From Octopus sinensis (taxonomy: Eukaryota), in assembly GCF_006345805.1 (NCBI RefSeq), contig NC_043000.1, positions 310,001 through 374,000 of the forward strand: a stretch of DNA of 64,000 nt, in the 5' to 3' direction. The notes beneath the pieces were generated by a model. That model searched no databases. It was not told the origin of the DNA and saw nothing but the letters and a program-made list of their open reading frames with translations. Made by a program: the position numbers and the translations under genes. This document shows, in pieces, positions 62,546 through 64,000 of this stretch; within the stretch, counting starts at the first letter, position 1, and the number at the start of each line of letters is the position of its first letter.

Positions 62546-64000
62546 TTCCGGGTGAAGATGAATCTTCCTCAGAACTATGTTAAGTGTACGTGTGTCAATG
62601 GTGTGCTCATTCAATTGCTCGTTAATTTCATGATCAGATAGTTCCATTGTTCGGATCAACTTGAATCCTCGTTGCCTTAAGCGTCGGAATGCAAGTTTAC
62701 CATTATATATATAAAATGTATGTGTTCTACACTTGACTAGTGAGACACTGTTATGTCTTTATATAGTGAACATCTGATTCAAAGCTTAAATTGATTCAAA
62801 GCAACCAATTGACTTTGATGTAAAGAATGTGACGTATAAAGAATGTGTGAATTAGAGCTGCACAACTAGGTATAAAGTGAGGGGTCCAAAAGCTTCACTG
62901 ATAAAATATCTATGTGCTATTTGGTCCAGCGCCTTAATTCGTGTAATAACTATTCACCATTATGTAAAGATTTTTTGATCCAAAACTTTAATTGGTGAAA
63001 TACCATCACACCATATTCTCATAATATCCTTTCATTATACATTTAATGAATGACCCAACACCTTGACGGGTGTAAACCCAAATCTTCTGTATGTCATTAC
63101 ATTGCCGTATTCTTGTCAGCTGCCGATAATATCCTCTAAATTTTCCACTTCATTTTCTTAAGAATTTTTTCATGGCTGTCTAGGATGAGAGAAAATCTCG
63201 ATTTATCCCGGAAGATAACATTTTGGAAACAATCCAGAAAAACCACTTTGTATTAGTAAATGTTTTATTTAACTATTTTCCCGATAATTGGAGATTCTAG
63301 ACAACAAACTCCAATTACAATTTCTGAACAGCTTCAAAAAGTTTCAAGAAGTGAGAATAGATAGATTTCTCTCGTTGCTTGTCGAGAAGGTTTTTTTTTA
63401 TGATAAGAAAGGAAAGGTCTGTTTCTTGTCACTAGATTTTAGTCTAGTGAACCTTCTCTTATCGCTTGAACTTTGAGCCTTTGCTCTGACGGGCTCATTT
63501 TCCCTCGCTGATGAACCCTATTACATGATTTTCAAAGATTATTCTACCTATTGCAGTGAATGGAATATTTTTTTTTGTTTTTTATTTTTGTAAATTTTTG
63601 ATAGCCCCCAATCTCTGAATTTCTTTCCGCAAAAGAAATTCTATGTAAATTAAAATGTAATTGAACGTATAACTTATGAAAATGGAATCCATCAAATTTG
63701 AGAGTAGGGATGGTACCCACTTTCCACGAAGATGCGAACAGTAGTAAGAAGTATCACTACATAAAAAAGAAAATACTTAGCATAAAACATCTAAAAAAAA
63801 AAACAAGGTGAATGAAAAAAATTCTAATCAAAAAAACCTAAATGAAAAGAATTAAAATATGAAAACGGTGGTGAAAATTGGCAAATACAATGACTTTATC
63901 ATACTAGGTATGTCTGTGTGAGTATACATGTGTATATATACCCACATTTATGAATATATATACACATATGCGTTTATATAATACAGCTCTATATTTAAGA

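Overview
Repeat-saturated animal genomic DNA, very probably a coleoid cephalopod (Octopus); this is inferred from my recall of its SINE families, not from a search. No intact, recognisable host gene is present, and nearly all long ORFs in the track are microsatellite translations. Content: many copies of three or four tRNA-headed SINE families; non-autonomous Helitrons, one retaining the C-terminus of the PIF1-like helicase; a Tc1/mariner transposase remnant and several MITEs; Penelope-like element (PLE) fragments (RT thumb, GIY-YIG endonuclease, inverted and direct pLTRs) with minimal type I hammerhead-ribozyme motifs, including U3-A8 compensatory core variants; an internally deleted Ty3/Gypsy element at 16954-23330; a 5S rRNA pseudogene; and a 2.1-kb tandem triplication. 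The most striking observation is two diverged, TSD-flanked retrotransposons (17078-18788, 19297-21287) that encode only a Gag-like ORF1 with a CCHC knuckle and no ORF2. They share a covarying 3' stem-loop upstream of AATAAA with a Tx1/L1-like LINE ORF2 fragment at 45698-46452, suggesting an ORF1-only ('half-LINE') non-autonomous system mobilised in trans.
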